In this document: positions 40,075-60,029 of the stretch, in pieces
Layout of the letters: every line of letters starts with the position of its first letter
Numbering within the stretch: position 1 is the stretch's first letter
Source: Selaginella moellendorffii
Taxonomy: Eukaryota > Plantae > Lycopodiophyta
DNA: 64,000 nt
Reading direction: 5' to 3'
NCBI RefSeq assembly: GCF_000143415.4
Contig: NW_003314365.1
Location: 139,902 to 203,901 of the forward strand
Position numbers and translations under genes: made by a program
Notes under the pieces: model-generated
What the model saw: the letters and a program-made list of their open reading frames with translations, nothing else
What the model was told of the DNA's origin: nothing
Database searches by the model: none

Positions 40075-41957
40075 ATGGTGGAAATCCCACAGCTCTTGAG
40101 CTCCTCCACTCCGGAGCTCTACCTCAAGTTGGCCGTCGCGGGATCGCTCCTAGTGCTGCTGCTACTTCTCTTGAATCTCCCTTCTTCCAGAGGAGCCAGG
40201 AGGAAATCCTCGTCCAGTTCTAGTAGCTCCGGCTCTAGTTCTTCGAGCTCGCCTCCTCTTCCTCCCGGGCCGAGAGGATGGCCAATCATCGGCAATCTCC
40301 TCGACGTAGGCACCGTCCCCCACGAAGGGATGATGAAGCTCACGCGGGCTTACGGCCCTCTCGTCTATCTCCGCCTGGGCGCCATCCCCCACGTCGTCTC
40401 GGACGATCCCGCGATCATCAAGGAGTTCCTCAAGATCCAGGACCACATCTTCGCGTCGCGCCCCGGCAATGTGATCCTCGCGGAGCTCCTCACCTATGGC
40501 GGCAAGGACATCGGCTTCGCTCCCTACGGCGCCCACTGGAGGAACATGCGCAAGATTTGCACGCTGGAGCTCTTCTCCGCCAAGAGCGTGGATAGCTTCC
40601 AGCGCCTGCGCAGGATGGAGATGATCCACACCCTGGGGCTCATCCTCGACGCCGCCGTGGATCGCCGGGCGGTGGACCTCCGCGACGCTTTCAATGGGCT
40701 GACGAGCAACATGATGACGCGGATGCTCCTGGGCAAGCGCTACTTCGGGCCTGGCGATCCGGGGCCCGAGGTGGGCGCGGAGCTCAAGGCGATGATCGCC
40801 GGGGGGATCTTGATGATGAACGGCTTCAACATCTCGGATTATCTGCCCTTCCTGCGATTCTTGGATCTCCAGGGGCAGGAGCGGCGGATGAAACAGATCA
40901 TGCGGCACATCGATGGCCTCGCCACGGCGCTGCTGCTGGAACTGGCGCCGCGCATTGGCAAGAAGCCGGAGAACTTCGTCGATATCCTTGTCAATCTGCG
41001 CGGCGAGAATGGCGAGCCGCATCTCCCCGAGGATGTGATGAAGGCCGTCATGGTGGTAAGATCAAGATCCTCCTCTTCCCTTTCCCTGTTCTTGCAAGAA
41101 CATTCCCACATTCTTGATCTTGATATATCTTGATCTATATAGCGATCTATCATCCAATCCCTGGCCGCGCAAGCGCCGATCGATCCATCCACTCCAGCGC
41201 CTCTCGATTCCTCCCTCCTGCTAGGTCGATCGCATCCCTAGGCCTAGGTAGCGATCGATCCCCCGCTTCTTTCGATTGGAAAATATTCTAATTCTCTGTG
41301 TGTGCTTGTTCTTGATTGGGCCAGGATATGATGGCCGCAGGTACGGACACCCCGGGCGTGTCGTGCGAATGGGCCATGGCCGAGCTCCTCCGCGACCCGG
41401 CCCTGCTGGCCAGGGTCCGAGAAGAGGTTGACCGGGTCGTTTCAGTTGACCGTCTCGTTGACGAGTCCGACCTCGCCCACTTCCGGCTCCTCCGCGCGGT
41501 GCTCAAGGAGTCCTTCCGCCTCCACCCGGTGGGCGCGATCCTCATCCCCCACCTCGCCATGGAGGACGCGGTCGTGGCGGGCTACGGGATCCCCAAGGAC
41601 ACGCGCGTGCTCATCAACGTCTTCGCGCTCAATCGCAACGCCCAGGTGTGGGAGAGGCCGCACGAATTCGATCCGGAGCGGCACTTGCGAGGGCTGGGCG
41701 AGGGCGCCGTGGTGGAATTCGGCGATCCCGAGTGCCGGCTCATCCCATTCGGATCCGGGCGCCGGATGTGCCCGGCGGCGTCGCTGGGGCTCACTATGGT
41801 GCTCCTCGCGCTCGCCAATCTCGTCCACGCCTTCGATTGGGAGGTGCCCGCGAATCTCAGCATGGAGCGCGCGCCCGGGAAGATGGTGAAGGCCCAGCCG
41901 CTCACCGCACTCGCTAGGCCCAGGCTGCCACATCACCTGTACAGTCAGCAGATCTAG
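40075..41957 (+). CDS. Cytochrome P450, CYP71 clan (CYP703-related); exons 40075-41055 and 41325-41957, 537 aa
   Basis: TM anchor, PPGP hinge, AGTDT, ESFR, PER and FGSGRRMCPA; single conserved intron before the I-helix. Confidence 0.95.
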
Positions 41958-42370
41958 CTGCCACGTCATCTATATTGCCACATTTTATGTCCAACTGTAC
42001 TCATCCGTTTTAATTTAAAAAGTTCCATTTTAGGGTTCTTGGGGAGAAGACGAAGTTTGAGAAGGCGCGGCGAAGCTCGCGGTTTGAACGCGAATTCAAT
42101 GCGTCCTCATCTAATCTGGTCATTGGATTGGAACGGCGGATCGAATGCTATGATGTCATCCATCACTCAATCAATCAATCAATCGATTTGTTCTGGTGTC
42201 CTTTGACAAAGCTTGAGGCCGATTTCTATCAATCAATTATCCATTTCTAAGCAAAAAGCTTTCCACTAGAATCAATCAAATCTTAGATAGCAATGCGCCC
42301 GCGCCAGAGAGAAGAGAGGTTTCCTAACATCTCCCGTAAAATCTCGAATGTTTCTTCTTCGTTTTTTTTC

Positions 42371-49714
<7,344 letters not shown>

Positions 49715-49983
49715 ATCTATATAGGTGCCTCATTCTCTTTAGACACGCTAAAGCTAATAAATGAGACAAAGGCAAAAACAAAACCACATACCCCGTGGAA
49801 CGAAATTCTTCGCATTCTCGGACGGCTTCCCAGCTCCTCCTTCTTCCTCCTCCCGCAAGCCCTAAAACCCGATCAAAACCTCGCGGGCACCCTAAAATCC
49901 CCCGGAAGCCGATCAAATGCTGGCGCAATCACTGGCGCCTCGCGGCCGCGGCCTAGCCGTTCCACAGCGCCTCCGCTCCACGA

Positions 49984-50488
49984 AAACCCTAGACCTCGCG
50001 GCGATCGACACTGGCGATACGAGACAAGCTCTTCTCCTCCTCGCCACGAACGAATGGTAGCGCCCACAGTGTAATGAGAGAGGGAGACAATGACGGCATC
50101 CACGTGGCGTGGCAGCATTGGCATCGCTGGTCTCCCGCCAGTGGCAGGGCGCCGCGTGGCGGGGGCCGCCCCCTCCGCACACAGCGCTCACCTCTTCCCT
50201 GTTCGTCTGTTGTACTTTCTCATTATATCGATGCGCGTATTGATACGTATTCTCGCGCCGGCCATTGGCGCTAGAGCCCGTAGCCTACGCTCCTAGCCGT
50301 ATTGTAACGCTGCGTGTGCCGGTCGTGCTTTCCGGCGCCGTCGCCGCCGGCTTGTCGGCCGGCAACTTCTTCTCCCCTTCGTCTCGAAAACCGCGGGAAG
50401 ATCACACACCACAGGCGAATATTCCACTGCGCTGTAAGAACTCTTATTTCTTTTAGAATATTTCACGCTACCCTAATGTTAAACCCTA
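49984..50488. promoter_or_regulatory. Divergent promoter between the CHD and RWD-RING genes, with telo-boxes and a G-box
   Basis: AAACCCTA at 49984 and 50481; CACGTGGC at 50101; GC-rich. Confidence 0.35.
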
Positions 50489-50512
50489 GAATTTGTTCTT
50501 CCCGGGGAGGAG

Positions 50513-51546
50513 ATGGAGGACGTGAGCTTGGAGCTCGAGGCAATGGATGCCGTGTATCGCCACGATTGTAGGATTTTGCAGCGATGGCCTCCTCATTTGG
50601 AGGTCCTTCTCAAGCCGCGCACGGCGGACGAGCTTCCTTTGCAGGTAAACGTTTCGCCTTCTTGCAATCGATCCACATTCATTCGAGAGTTTCTTGGGGC
50701 AGTTTGTGGAGATTGTTCTCTCGATCAAGGCAGGCGACAAGGTAGTGAATTTGCGAAGTTCCATTTGGCAAACTGGCTGGAGAATGTGTGTGCAGTAGTA
50801 TCCAAGCCATCCCCCAAAATTCGAGCTTGTGCTTGTCAAGGGATTGGATGTGTCTCGGCAGATCAATCTCCTCACTGGCCTGGAGCTGGAGGCAAATCGT
50901 TTGTCCAACGAGCCGATGCTGGTCACAATCTCAGAGGTATGCATGAATCACAAAGAAATGGTTCATTCATTCTAGCTTCCAGTTTGCAGTGGATTTTTTG
51001 ACATCAAACAACTATCCGGAAGGAGATTGCTGCTTTTGCTTGTTTCCTTTGGTGGATCCTGCATTGGATCACGCTCATCAACATTACATGAAGCTCATGT
51101 CCTGCTTCCATTGCTTCCACAGGTATTTCCTCTCTTTTTTTCTCTCTCGTTTGTTCTTTTCATTTTTTCTCACAAACTTCGCTCGCAGTGATTGTTTCTC
51201 GGACTGGTGGAAGTGGCTTCCTGCAGACTCCACTGCGTCTTGTCCGGTTTGCCGGGCCGAGATTCACACGCAAGACGTCGCTCATGTAAAAGAGATATGC
51301 TCGAGAGGATCAACTGTTGGCGTTGAAACTCGAGGCGAGCCAGATGAAACGGCAGTAGCGGTGGTTCTCTGCGAGCAAATGCCAGAAGTTTCACATTCAA
51401 CCGTTTCCACTTCTAGCGATTCGTCTGAGTGGGCACAACTTCCTGTCTATGACACCCATGCGAGCCATCGAAACAAGAAGAAACACTCGGCGCATGCAGC
51501 AAAGAGGCAGTGGCTTCGCAAGCAATCTGGCGAAGAATTCAGATAG
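50513..51546 (+). CDS. RWD-domain RING E3 ubiquitin ligase (RNF25-like), 5 exons
   Basis: ELEAMDAVY, YPSHPP (RWD); RING CCFC...CFHCFHSDC..WW...CPVCR. Confidence 0.88.
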
Positions 51547-51719
51547 AGAGCAGAAGAATATGATACAGACTTTTCGGCAAATCGGACGCTGCGTCTAGCG
51601 TCACGAACCGGGGAAGAAGAAGTGAAGCTCAACAACGCTACTCACGAATTCGTTGAAAAGCTATATCGCTACATCGCCTCGTTTTTCTGTTTTTTTCTTT
51701 CAGTCATGGCACTGCCGAC

Positions 51720-51860
51720 GTAGGAACGATCGCAATGGCTATGTTGCTTACTATTCTCAGTAGAGACAACGTGTGTTGGAATGCCATAATCACAGCATAT
51801 CCCAGGCTGGGCATGTCTCTTACGTTTTTACAAGATTTTGCAAGATGCCTTGACGAACTA
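51720..51860 (+). pseudogene. PPR fragment
   Basis: RDNVCWNAIITAY. Confidence 0.5.
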
Positions 51861-52979
51861 ACAAATTAATTTCTTCTAGTTCTGTGGGAGTTGTTAGGAG
51901 CCCTCAAGCATACACGAATAACTTATAAATCTATCTATCTATCTATATTTTGTTTTGGCAGTCTTGCAGTGCCCAGCAGGAAGCATGGGACTGTGCAAAC
52001 AAGTTTGCAAGTTTGTTGTGGGGGTCTTCTCACACCCTCCATTCCCATGCTCATGTTCCTCCATCTTGGGCCACTCTGAGGTCCTTGCTCCCATGCCGCT
52101 GTGAATCGCTGTGCTGGGAGTCCATGAGCCTCGACCTTCTTTCTCATCAGTGCTCCATCCAAGAAAACAAAGAAGAAGGGACTGACTTGATGATCTCATG
52201 GCGTGCAGCCATGCCAGGATGCTGGGAAGAGCAGTGCTCCAGGACTTTGGATGGAGGCTGGGAGATACCATTTGGCGTGGCTGGGAGGATCTCGGTGAAG
52301 GGCCTGCGTGCCTCGTGATGCCGTATCAGTTGCTACAACTTAATCTGGTGTAGTATGATGGTACTTGATCATACTACATCAGGTTGTGATACAAGTTCTC
52401 GCAACTGACACAACTGATACGAGTCAAAATGTGTTTTTATTATTAATCGAATATAAAAATGCATAATTGTATTGTCTTCTTCATCTTCGTCTTTTGCAAA
52501 CCGTGCAGGAGAAGTCAAGCTGCCCAAGTTCTTCCAGATCTTCTTCATCCTGGTTTGAATTCGTAAAGAAGGATAAATTTCCATAACCTTTCTGGTGAGC
52601 TTGGTAAGCTTCTCTCCATCTTCATCTTCAAGTGCTTGGACAATATGTTGTAACATATTGTGGAAGAGACTCCTCATCCACCACCATGTTCCTGGCTCTA
52701 ATGTGTTGAGTATAGCATATTCCCATTCAACCTAACAGCGAATAACTAACCTGCCATGCCGCATGGACTCATCTCTTGGAACTCGGTGCTCAGCTTCTTT
52801 GACAATGTTGCCACCTTCACCTTCTTCTGCATTCATATTCACACACATGCAAGCCAGGTATTCCTAGAATGCATTTATATCATTTTCATCAAGTTGGAGA
52901 GACTAGAGGTGAATGTTGAGGGATTAGCAACGAGGAAGCAACAGCTGAGGAAATAGCAGATGTGGAGCTACTTGAAGAT

Positions 52980-53160
52980 GATCCAATGTCAAGGCAAAAA
53001 AGAGGACACAGCTAAACTTCAGCTGAGACTCATGCTCTAATTGATCTCAAGAGGGAAGAGTATCTTGCAGGCAGAGCTGAGAGTCGTGAGAAGTGTCTAA
53101 CCACCTCCAGCTTGCTGGACAACCATTGCAGCCAAGCTTGCAGAGAAGACTGGGTTTGTT
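52980..53160 (+). pseudogene. Myb/SANT (trihelix-like) fragment, possibly TE-derived
   Basis: S*TSAETHALIDLKREE ... CWTTIAAKLAEKTG across a frameshift. Confidence 0.4.
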
Positions 53161-54394
53161 AATATTTAAGTATAACTTTAAGTATTGGTGTGAATGCAAA
53201 CTCTATTTTAATTGTTGAATTTAATGGTAACTTGTTCACACCAGAAATTAACATTAAAGTAAGCTAGAATTTCTTTTGCATTTTTTGCATAAATCCTAAT
53301 GCTACACTTTTGTAGCATTAGGATTAAATTATTCCATGAAATATTTCACTTGTGATGCTGCTGCAACACTCAGGAGCCAGATTCAAGCTTGTTGTCAATC
53401 ACAAGTTCGAGGCATTGGCAGTGGTGAGGCTGCTGCAGCTGGAGATTGTGTCGGTCGTTTAGCATGGGGCTGGACAAAAAGTGCAAAGAGTGTAGCGTGG
53501 TAGTCACCAACACGCCCTATGTGCTCATGGACCAATCTTGCAATGGCACTGCTGTTGGGGACAATGCAGCAGACCTGCCCAGCAGATTGCTATGTTTGCA
53601 AGGGATTGTGGCCTGTCCATGAAGACTTCCCCTCTCACACAAGGTAAAGCTCTCGATTCCTGGAAATTTTCGTGATTTCTTAATCCTTCTTCTTCCATAG
53701 AGATCTTTGTTCTTACGGTGCTAGTGATTGAGGAAGTTCTTGCTGTGTGATCCATCATTTTTTGTTATTTACACAAGGGAAATTTTGATTCCTTGCTTGT
53801 GGAATCCTCTTCCATCGCATGCTTGACATTCCTCTGAGTTTTTGTTCTTGGGGTGCCAGTTGCCACCGCCACTGCTAAATCAAGTCTAACGTTGTTAGGT
53901 ATAATTTAATGGCTAAATTAGCTAATTTAATAGGAATGTGAACAAAGTTATCATTATCCAAAGTTTTTATTACAAAAAATGACTAATACTATAATTGACT
54001 TGAAAAGAATAACATTAAAATTTTAAATTAGGTTAAAATCTTCTAATGTAAAAATTCTAAGTTAATGGTGGGATTGATAACAAAGTTTGTGTGAAGCTGA
54101 ACATAAGTGTTGGGCCTTTTGACACTTACTCTTAAAATTAAGGGTGAATTTAAGGAAAATTTGGGATGTTAATGAAGAGCTTAAACTGGTCGATGTTGAA
54201 AGAATTGTCTACAGCTTGAGTCTTTGCGGAGCTCAAGCCACATGAAAGACTGATTGTAGACACCAGGTTTGCAAATTCATGGACTAATTCCTGAGTTCTA
54301 GTGTTGCAAGATTTGCCGGTGCCAACCTCAGATTGCACACAAAACACTGGACCCTTCTTCAAAACTAGATTACGAAGATGGTCACATTACTACA

Positions 54395-56171
54395 TCATAA
54401 TACAGGTCTCTTGGGCTGAGAAGGCAGCAAATCTATGTCGACCCCATACAGACTCCTCACGCGATCCAGTAGCTCACACTCTTGCCCCCCCACAACAAGA
54501 CTAATCACCACTTTGGTCACCTGGTCCCGGAGCTTGGAAGCACGCTGAAAGTAGTCCCCGGGAGACAGTGGCATCTCAAAGTTGATCACGTCTCGAGCTC
54601 CCTTGGAGCAGCCATGATCTGTGACGATCACGGACCTTTGCTCGCTCCGCTTGATAAGCTCCACCTCCCTCTCGCCCATGCCGCTGTGAATCCCAAACGC
54701 GGACAAGCCCCGCTTCCTCATCTCCTCCGCCACCTCCACCACCCTGGCACTGCTGTTGCACACCACCGCCGCCTGGACTTTGAAGCGCCGCCTCAGCTCT
54801 TTGCACAGCCGGCATAGCTCGTCTAGTTTGCAGCTCTCATCGTCCACGCGAGCGTAGAACTGGCGGACGCCATCCATGCTGGCGCCGGCCTTGGCTAGCC
54901 TTTCCCACCGATGGCCCTCGGCAAACCTCGACGCCAGGTCTTCCACCTCAGGAGACAGCGTCTCCGAGTGCAAACCGATCTGGACATCCTCTTCCAGCCG
55001 CTCCACGATCCACTCCATCTGTGACACACAAGGCAAGACAGCTACGTAAGTGACCACGAGAGAGAGAGCGAAGCGAGCTCACCTCGGGCCTGTGTGACGC
55101 AAAGAGCTTGTCCGCCTCGACCAGTATGAGCTGGCAGACGTCGCTCAACCTGTTGCTTGCGTGAAATCTCTCGGGGGAACCAATGGCAACTCGGCTGGCC
55201 GCTTGGAGGCCAACCAGCTCTTCTGGCAGTCCGAAGTGACGAGCAAACACTTGCATAAACTGGGCGATGGGAGCAGCCCTGCAGTCGGGTGCCAGGACAA
55301 GCGTGAGCCATTCATCTCCGCGAGCAAGGCGACGGAAGACGCCAGGCATGTAGCTCAGAATCGCGGACCAGTCCTGCTGCACTATGCTGTCACCATCGGC
55401 AAAGCTTTCCACAGCTGAGTCAAACCACGAGTCTCCAAGGCCAGAGCAAGACAGCACTTCTGGCAAAACACAAAGGACACTAACTTGAGCAAGGCTAATC
55501 AATCCTGGTAGTGTATATATCACCTGGTAGAGTTTCCTCCAAGGAGGAACGCAGCTCCCCCTTGACACTGGAGCGGTCCCTGGGATCCACCCAGCCCTTC
55601 ATTGCGCTCACGCCGCGCTGCCACGGCCTGATGGACAGTGTAGAGTTGAGCGAGAGCAGAAGAAAACAAAATTCCAAACCTCCGAAAGACTGGTACTCGT
55701 GGTTGCGCAGGAAACACGGGAAGCTTACGACGTTGTGATTCATACAAGAGCTGCGCACGAGCGACACACTTAGTGTGAGTGAACCAAAGCCAAGGACAAA
55801 CCTCGTGGAAAAAAGTGTTTTGCGCCACAGCTGCTTTGTCCAGCACAAGCGCCTCAAGGCGGGAGGAAAACAAAGCGGTGCCACGGACTTCCTCCGGGGT
55901 GGCCACCACAAAGCTCAAGGCTCGCAGCGTCCATTCGTCCTCGCTCATGCGCCCTACCAGCCCCCAACAATTAGAGATTGCTCGGGAGCGCAGGAGTTGC
56001 AACAACAATGGGATTTTGGCCGCGCTCGTGACCACAAGGGTCACATGCATGCCTGCAAAGCGGCACGAACTGTGAGCCTACACGACTAGCTCTCGAGATC
56101 TCAATCTCTCTTACGTTGATGCCACTGGCAGCCGCAGCTAGAGCTTCCTCAAAATCGCAGCTTGATGCCAT
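54395..56171 (-). CDS. Divergent eIF4A-like DEAD-box protein with degenerate catalytic motifs; 5' end uncertain
   Basis: GVRQFYARVDDESCKLDELC, IHSGMGERE, VINFEMP, IGSPERF, LILVEADKL, LHSET; in-phase GT-AG introns (e.g. 55019-55082). Confidence 0.65.
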
Positions 56172-56228
56172 GGCACCAAACCCAAGGGCCGGTTTAGGGC
56201 AAAAGGAAGAGTTTATCCAGGCCCCGGC

Positions 56229-56681
56229 GTGAAGCGGCCCGGCCTCGACCAATTCCTCGAGGCGGTCAAGGGGGCGTACGAAGTGGTCATCTTCACCGCG
56301 GGGACGCAGGAGTGTGCCGAGAAGATGATCGACGACCGCGGCCATGACCACCTCTATGGTAACTCTTGCATAGATTTTGTGATCAAACCGGCGGCGCTCC
56401 TGGGACAGGGACAGGGAAGGGACATGAAGAAGGTTGTGGTGATTGATGACAAGCCCGAGACGTACAAGAACAATGCCTGCCCATCTCCTCCTTCTCGAGT
56501 GCCACAGGAGCTTGTCAAGCTCGCGCCTTTCCTTGTCAGCATCTCCATGATGGACGATCTGAGGACCGCAATCTGGGAGTGGAAACACGGCAAGAGCAAA
56601 AGGCCCGAGAGGAGTGCCACAGCGACAAGAGCGAAGAATTTATCGGGGAGTGGACGAATTCCACCGAAACCAAGCGCATAG
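56229..56681 (+). pseudogene. SCP/FCP1-like (NIF) CTD phosphatase fragment lacking the DxDxT N-terminus
   Basis: KRPGLDQFL..YEVVIFTAG, GRDMKKVVVIDD. Confidence 0.6.
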
Positions 56682-57759
56682 TCATTTGTTAGAATAGATC
56701 ACGTACGATTTCTCCGGTGGCACTGCCCAACGGAAGCTCCTTAGCAAACTACAGCAAGCCATCTCTTGGAAGTCCATTCTGGACGCAATCGCATTCCAAC
56801 ACTAGCCATCGATCTCGACGATCTTCTTTGCATTCTCCATCCGCCAGGCAGCTATGAGAACCCACTGTCTCCAATCCTAAAGCTCACGTCATTATCCAGA
56901 TGCCCGAAACGGGCATATCCTGCCAACTAAGCCGTCAAACGTTGGCTTTGTGCAAGGTGCCCTTTCTAGGCAAATGCCTGGAGAGCCTGTCAAACAGGCA
57001 TTTAGATACCACAAGCGAGCATTGATTTCCAGCTGATGCTATTTCTGTCTGGAGCATCTGTATCTTTAACTCACACTGCTAAATTTAGAGAGATAAAAAT
57101 AGAAAAAATCATAAGAAAACAATAGAGAAGCACTTATTTTATCACTCGAATGGAACATATATAACTATTTCCTTTATCCATAAATGACTCTTCTGCAAGA
57201 GAAAATACTTTAGGGCTGTTCTTGATTCTTGATAGTCTAAATTGGATAATTTATGCAAATTGTAGAACTAAGATTCATTATTCCTCCCAAGGAGTGAGTA
57301 GCTAAACATCACTCTCTCCAGTCAATAGTGTTACAGGCTTCTCAAAACCTTATTTACCAGTTTAGCTGTTGCAAGATCTGCATAAATTGTGATAGGCACC
57401 ATGAGTAGTATGGGATTCGATTACCATATACAAGCTTGTATATATGAAACAGATCACAATCAAAGATTTGAAGCTGCAAAGTGGCAAACATAGGGATAAA
57501 AAAGTTTATTCTCTCATTAAGCATGTGCAATTATGCTATTAAAGAAATGTAATTTCAGGATGCAAAACAAGCTTTCTAAAGAAAATAAAATGTGGTAAAA
57601 AAACAGTAATTCTAAAATAACTAATATATTATTCAAATAAAAACATTGAACTTGAAAGCACATTTCTCAAGACAAGATATTTTCATGAGGATTGCAACTT
57701 GAGGCTTATGTTTTTAGAGCATTTAAATTAAATTAAGATAGACCATCTCATATATCCAC

Positions 57760-59250
57760 ACCAACTATGATGTATTTAGTTCTCTCTTCATTGAGGTATT
57801 TTTCGAGACTAGAATGCATCTTTATTGCAAACTTTTTCTCTTGAATACCATCAATGTATGAGCAAAATTTGTCATAATCCAAATCTCGGAGTTGTTTAAA
57901 TTCAATTGGTGGTAAACCAACTATTTCTTTAATAGTATCATGAAATTGTAAGCAACCAAAGAAAACGACTTGAGAGACGATCCATGGGGTTCAAATATAG
58001 ACCCATGAACAAGAGTGCACCCATTTTTCCAATTGGTTAAGGGTCTTGGGATACTTGGGGTTAAGCGTCCTTGAGTTTAAATAGTATTGAGCTGGGTGAC
58101 TTCCTGGGAAGTCCAAATTTAGGAGTTTATATTTGGTTTCAGATCGGTCTCAAGTCCAACTTTGTTGGTTGGCTAAGGGAATCACACTACATGTTGATTG
58201 ACATCTAATTGGTCCAATTTGCTCCCGCTGGGCTCGACCTGACAAGAGAGCAGGGTTCTTGGGAGAGCTATGTCTTTCAGCTTCTGTTCACAAGGGCGTG
58301 AACTTGCAGGGAAGCGTGGTAGATTGTAAGCAACCAAAGAGAAAGACTCGAAAGATGATCCATCGGATTCAAATATAGAGGAAAAAAGCCCATGAACAAG
58401 AGTGCACCCCCTTTTCCAATCGTTTAAGGGTTTTAGGATACTTGGGGTTAAGCATCCTTGGGTTTAAATAGTACTGGGCTAGGTGACCTCCCAGGAAGTC
58501 TAAATTCAGGAGTTTACAGAAATGCAATAGCCTAAACATAAGCTATGCTATCTTCAACACATAAATTTAGAACATATTTATATTTAACCTCCTCACCCTC
58601 GGATGAACATGATCTGCAATACCATGTATTCTTGGATACTTTTATCATTTTTTTCCACATGTTCTTCTATTTGATATTTGTTTGCAGGAAGCATAGCAAA
58701 AATCTTCAATTTTAATCTCTTTGATATTTCCATAAACTATATATACGGCTGAATGCTTTGAGACTTTAAGCTGAAGGGAAACAAGTTCCGAAATAGTTAA
58801 AGTTCCCTCAATATACATGCTCCATGAGGAATTAGATATTCGTGTAATATTTGCATTTGCATATGCATTCTAATACCAAGAACGCATCTCCTACACTAAA
58901 TCCAAGTTGCCATCAATAGCTAAGATTGAAACATTTGTAACATATACTAATCTTTCATTGAACTCACAGATATGGCCACCTTTGATACACACAATTGATG
59001 TATTTTCATGTAGTCGGCTACCTTCTTCATCGGCGTAGTCACCCCACAAGCAAACATCAACTCTATGAAAAAAGTTGTCACATATTGTCATCATCCTCCT
59101 TTTGTTAGAACTTTCCACACCACGAGGGGTTATAGTGGTCAATCCTACCTATATCACCACACCAACTTGAGTTGGTACCTTAGTCCTTGAGAATTTGTCC
59201 ATTACGTGTTAGAAAGGGTTACAACATTCACGTGTTATGGCTTGTGGGTT
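57760..59250 (-). pseudogene. RPA70-like (OB-fold B and C, zinc finger) relic interrupted by a TRIM; likely Helitron cargo
   Basis: VDVCLWGDYA..IKGGHICEFN; YASC..TCGKKM..WYCRSC..YKYVLNLCVED..AIAF|HDTIKEIVG. Confidence 0.75.
57947..58518 (+). mobile_element. Cassandra-type TRIM retrotransposon (LTRs 57947-58131 and 58325-58518, each with a 5S rRNA-like domain)
   Basis: TG..CA/TA LTRs; PBS-like TTTGGTTTCAGATC; purine tract before the 3' LTR; 5 bp TSD GAAAT; 5S-like GTTAAGCGTCC..AGTATTGAGCTGGGTGACTTCCTGGGAAGTCC. Confidence 0.93.
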
Positions 59251-60029
59251 TATATATTACCATTGAAAGTAAATTATTGGATGAAGAAAGTGTGAAGGTG
59301 AAGCATTCACATTACTAACACTTATGTTAATAGAAGTAATATTATGGTTTCGAGTGATGAAGATTTTTTCCTTAGAGCTTGATTTTTCATGTTATTTTTA
59401 TTGTTGGATATCCATATTGCACTAACACTCATTTTCAAGATCTAATGTAAAGCCAAAAACACTAAAGTATATATTTTCATTTTACAAATGTCAATGTTAA
59501 ATTTCAAAACCTACATTTATAAAATTATGTTAATGTTACTATTTGTAAGTAAACTAACTTCATTAAAGGCTACCAACACTGACACTAGAGGCTTTCCTCA
59601 ATCCTCACCCACTGCTTGAACCTATAGTAAGTATCTTGCAGTTTGTTGTGCTTCACTAGATTTTGAAGTTCATAGACTATACATTTTATGCAAATAATGG
59701 AAAAGAGTATACATGTGATTATATAGTGATTTTCAATTCTATGTTTTTTCTTTTCTACAGGATCTTAACTGTTATGGATGTAATATATCTTCATAATAAT
59801 ATCTGCAGTCCAATTCCAACTTGCAATATTCAACCCGAATCAAGTAAAGTGAGTAAAATGTCAAAAACAATTTCAGCAAATCTTTTCATTGAATTTTTCC
59901 TTTCATTGTTTAAAAAAATGTAGGCATCTAAGCATCATGGTGGTGTAACAAGTGTAAGTCTTTTTTCTTTGAAACAAATTTCACAAATTTTCTTTTTTAT
60001 TTTTTTTATTTTTTATTTCTGTAAATGTA

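Noticed and set aside
40162-41969. Long minus-strand ORFs over the P450
   Set aside because: GC-rich antisense shadows of the real gene
58060-58114. 5S rRNA gene
   Set aside because: Only a partial 5S-like domain embedded in TRIM LTRs
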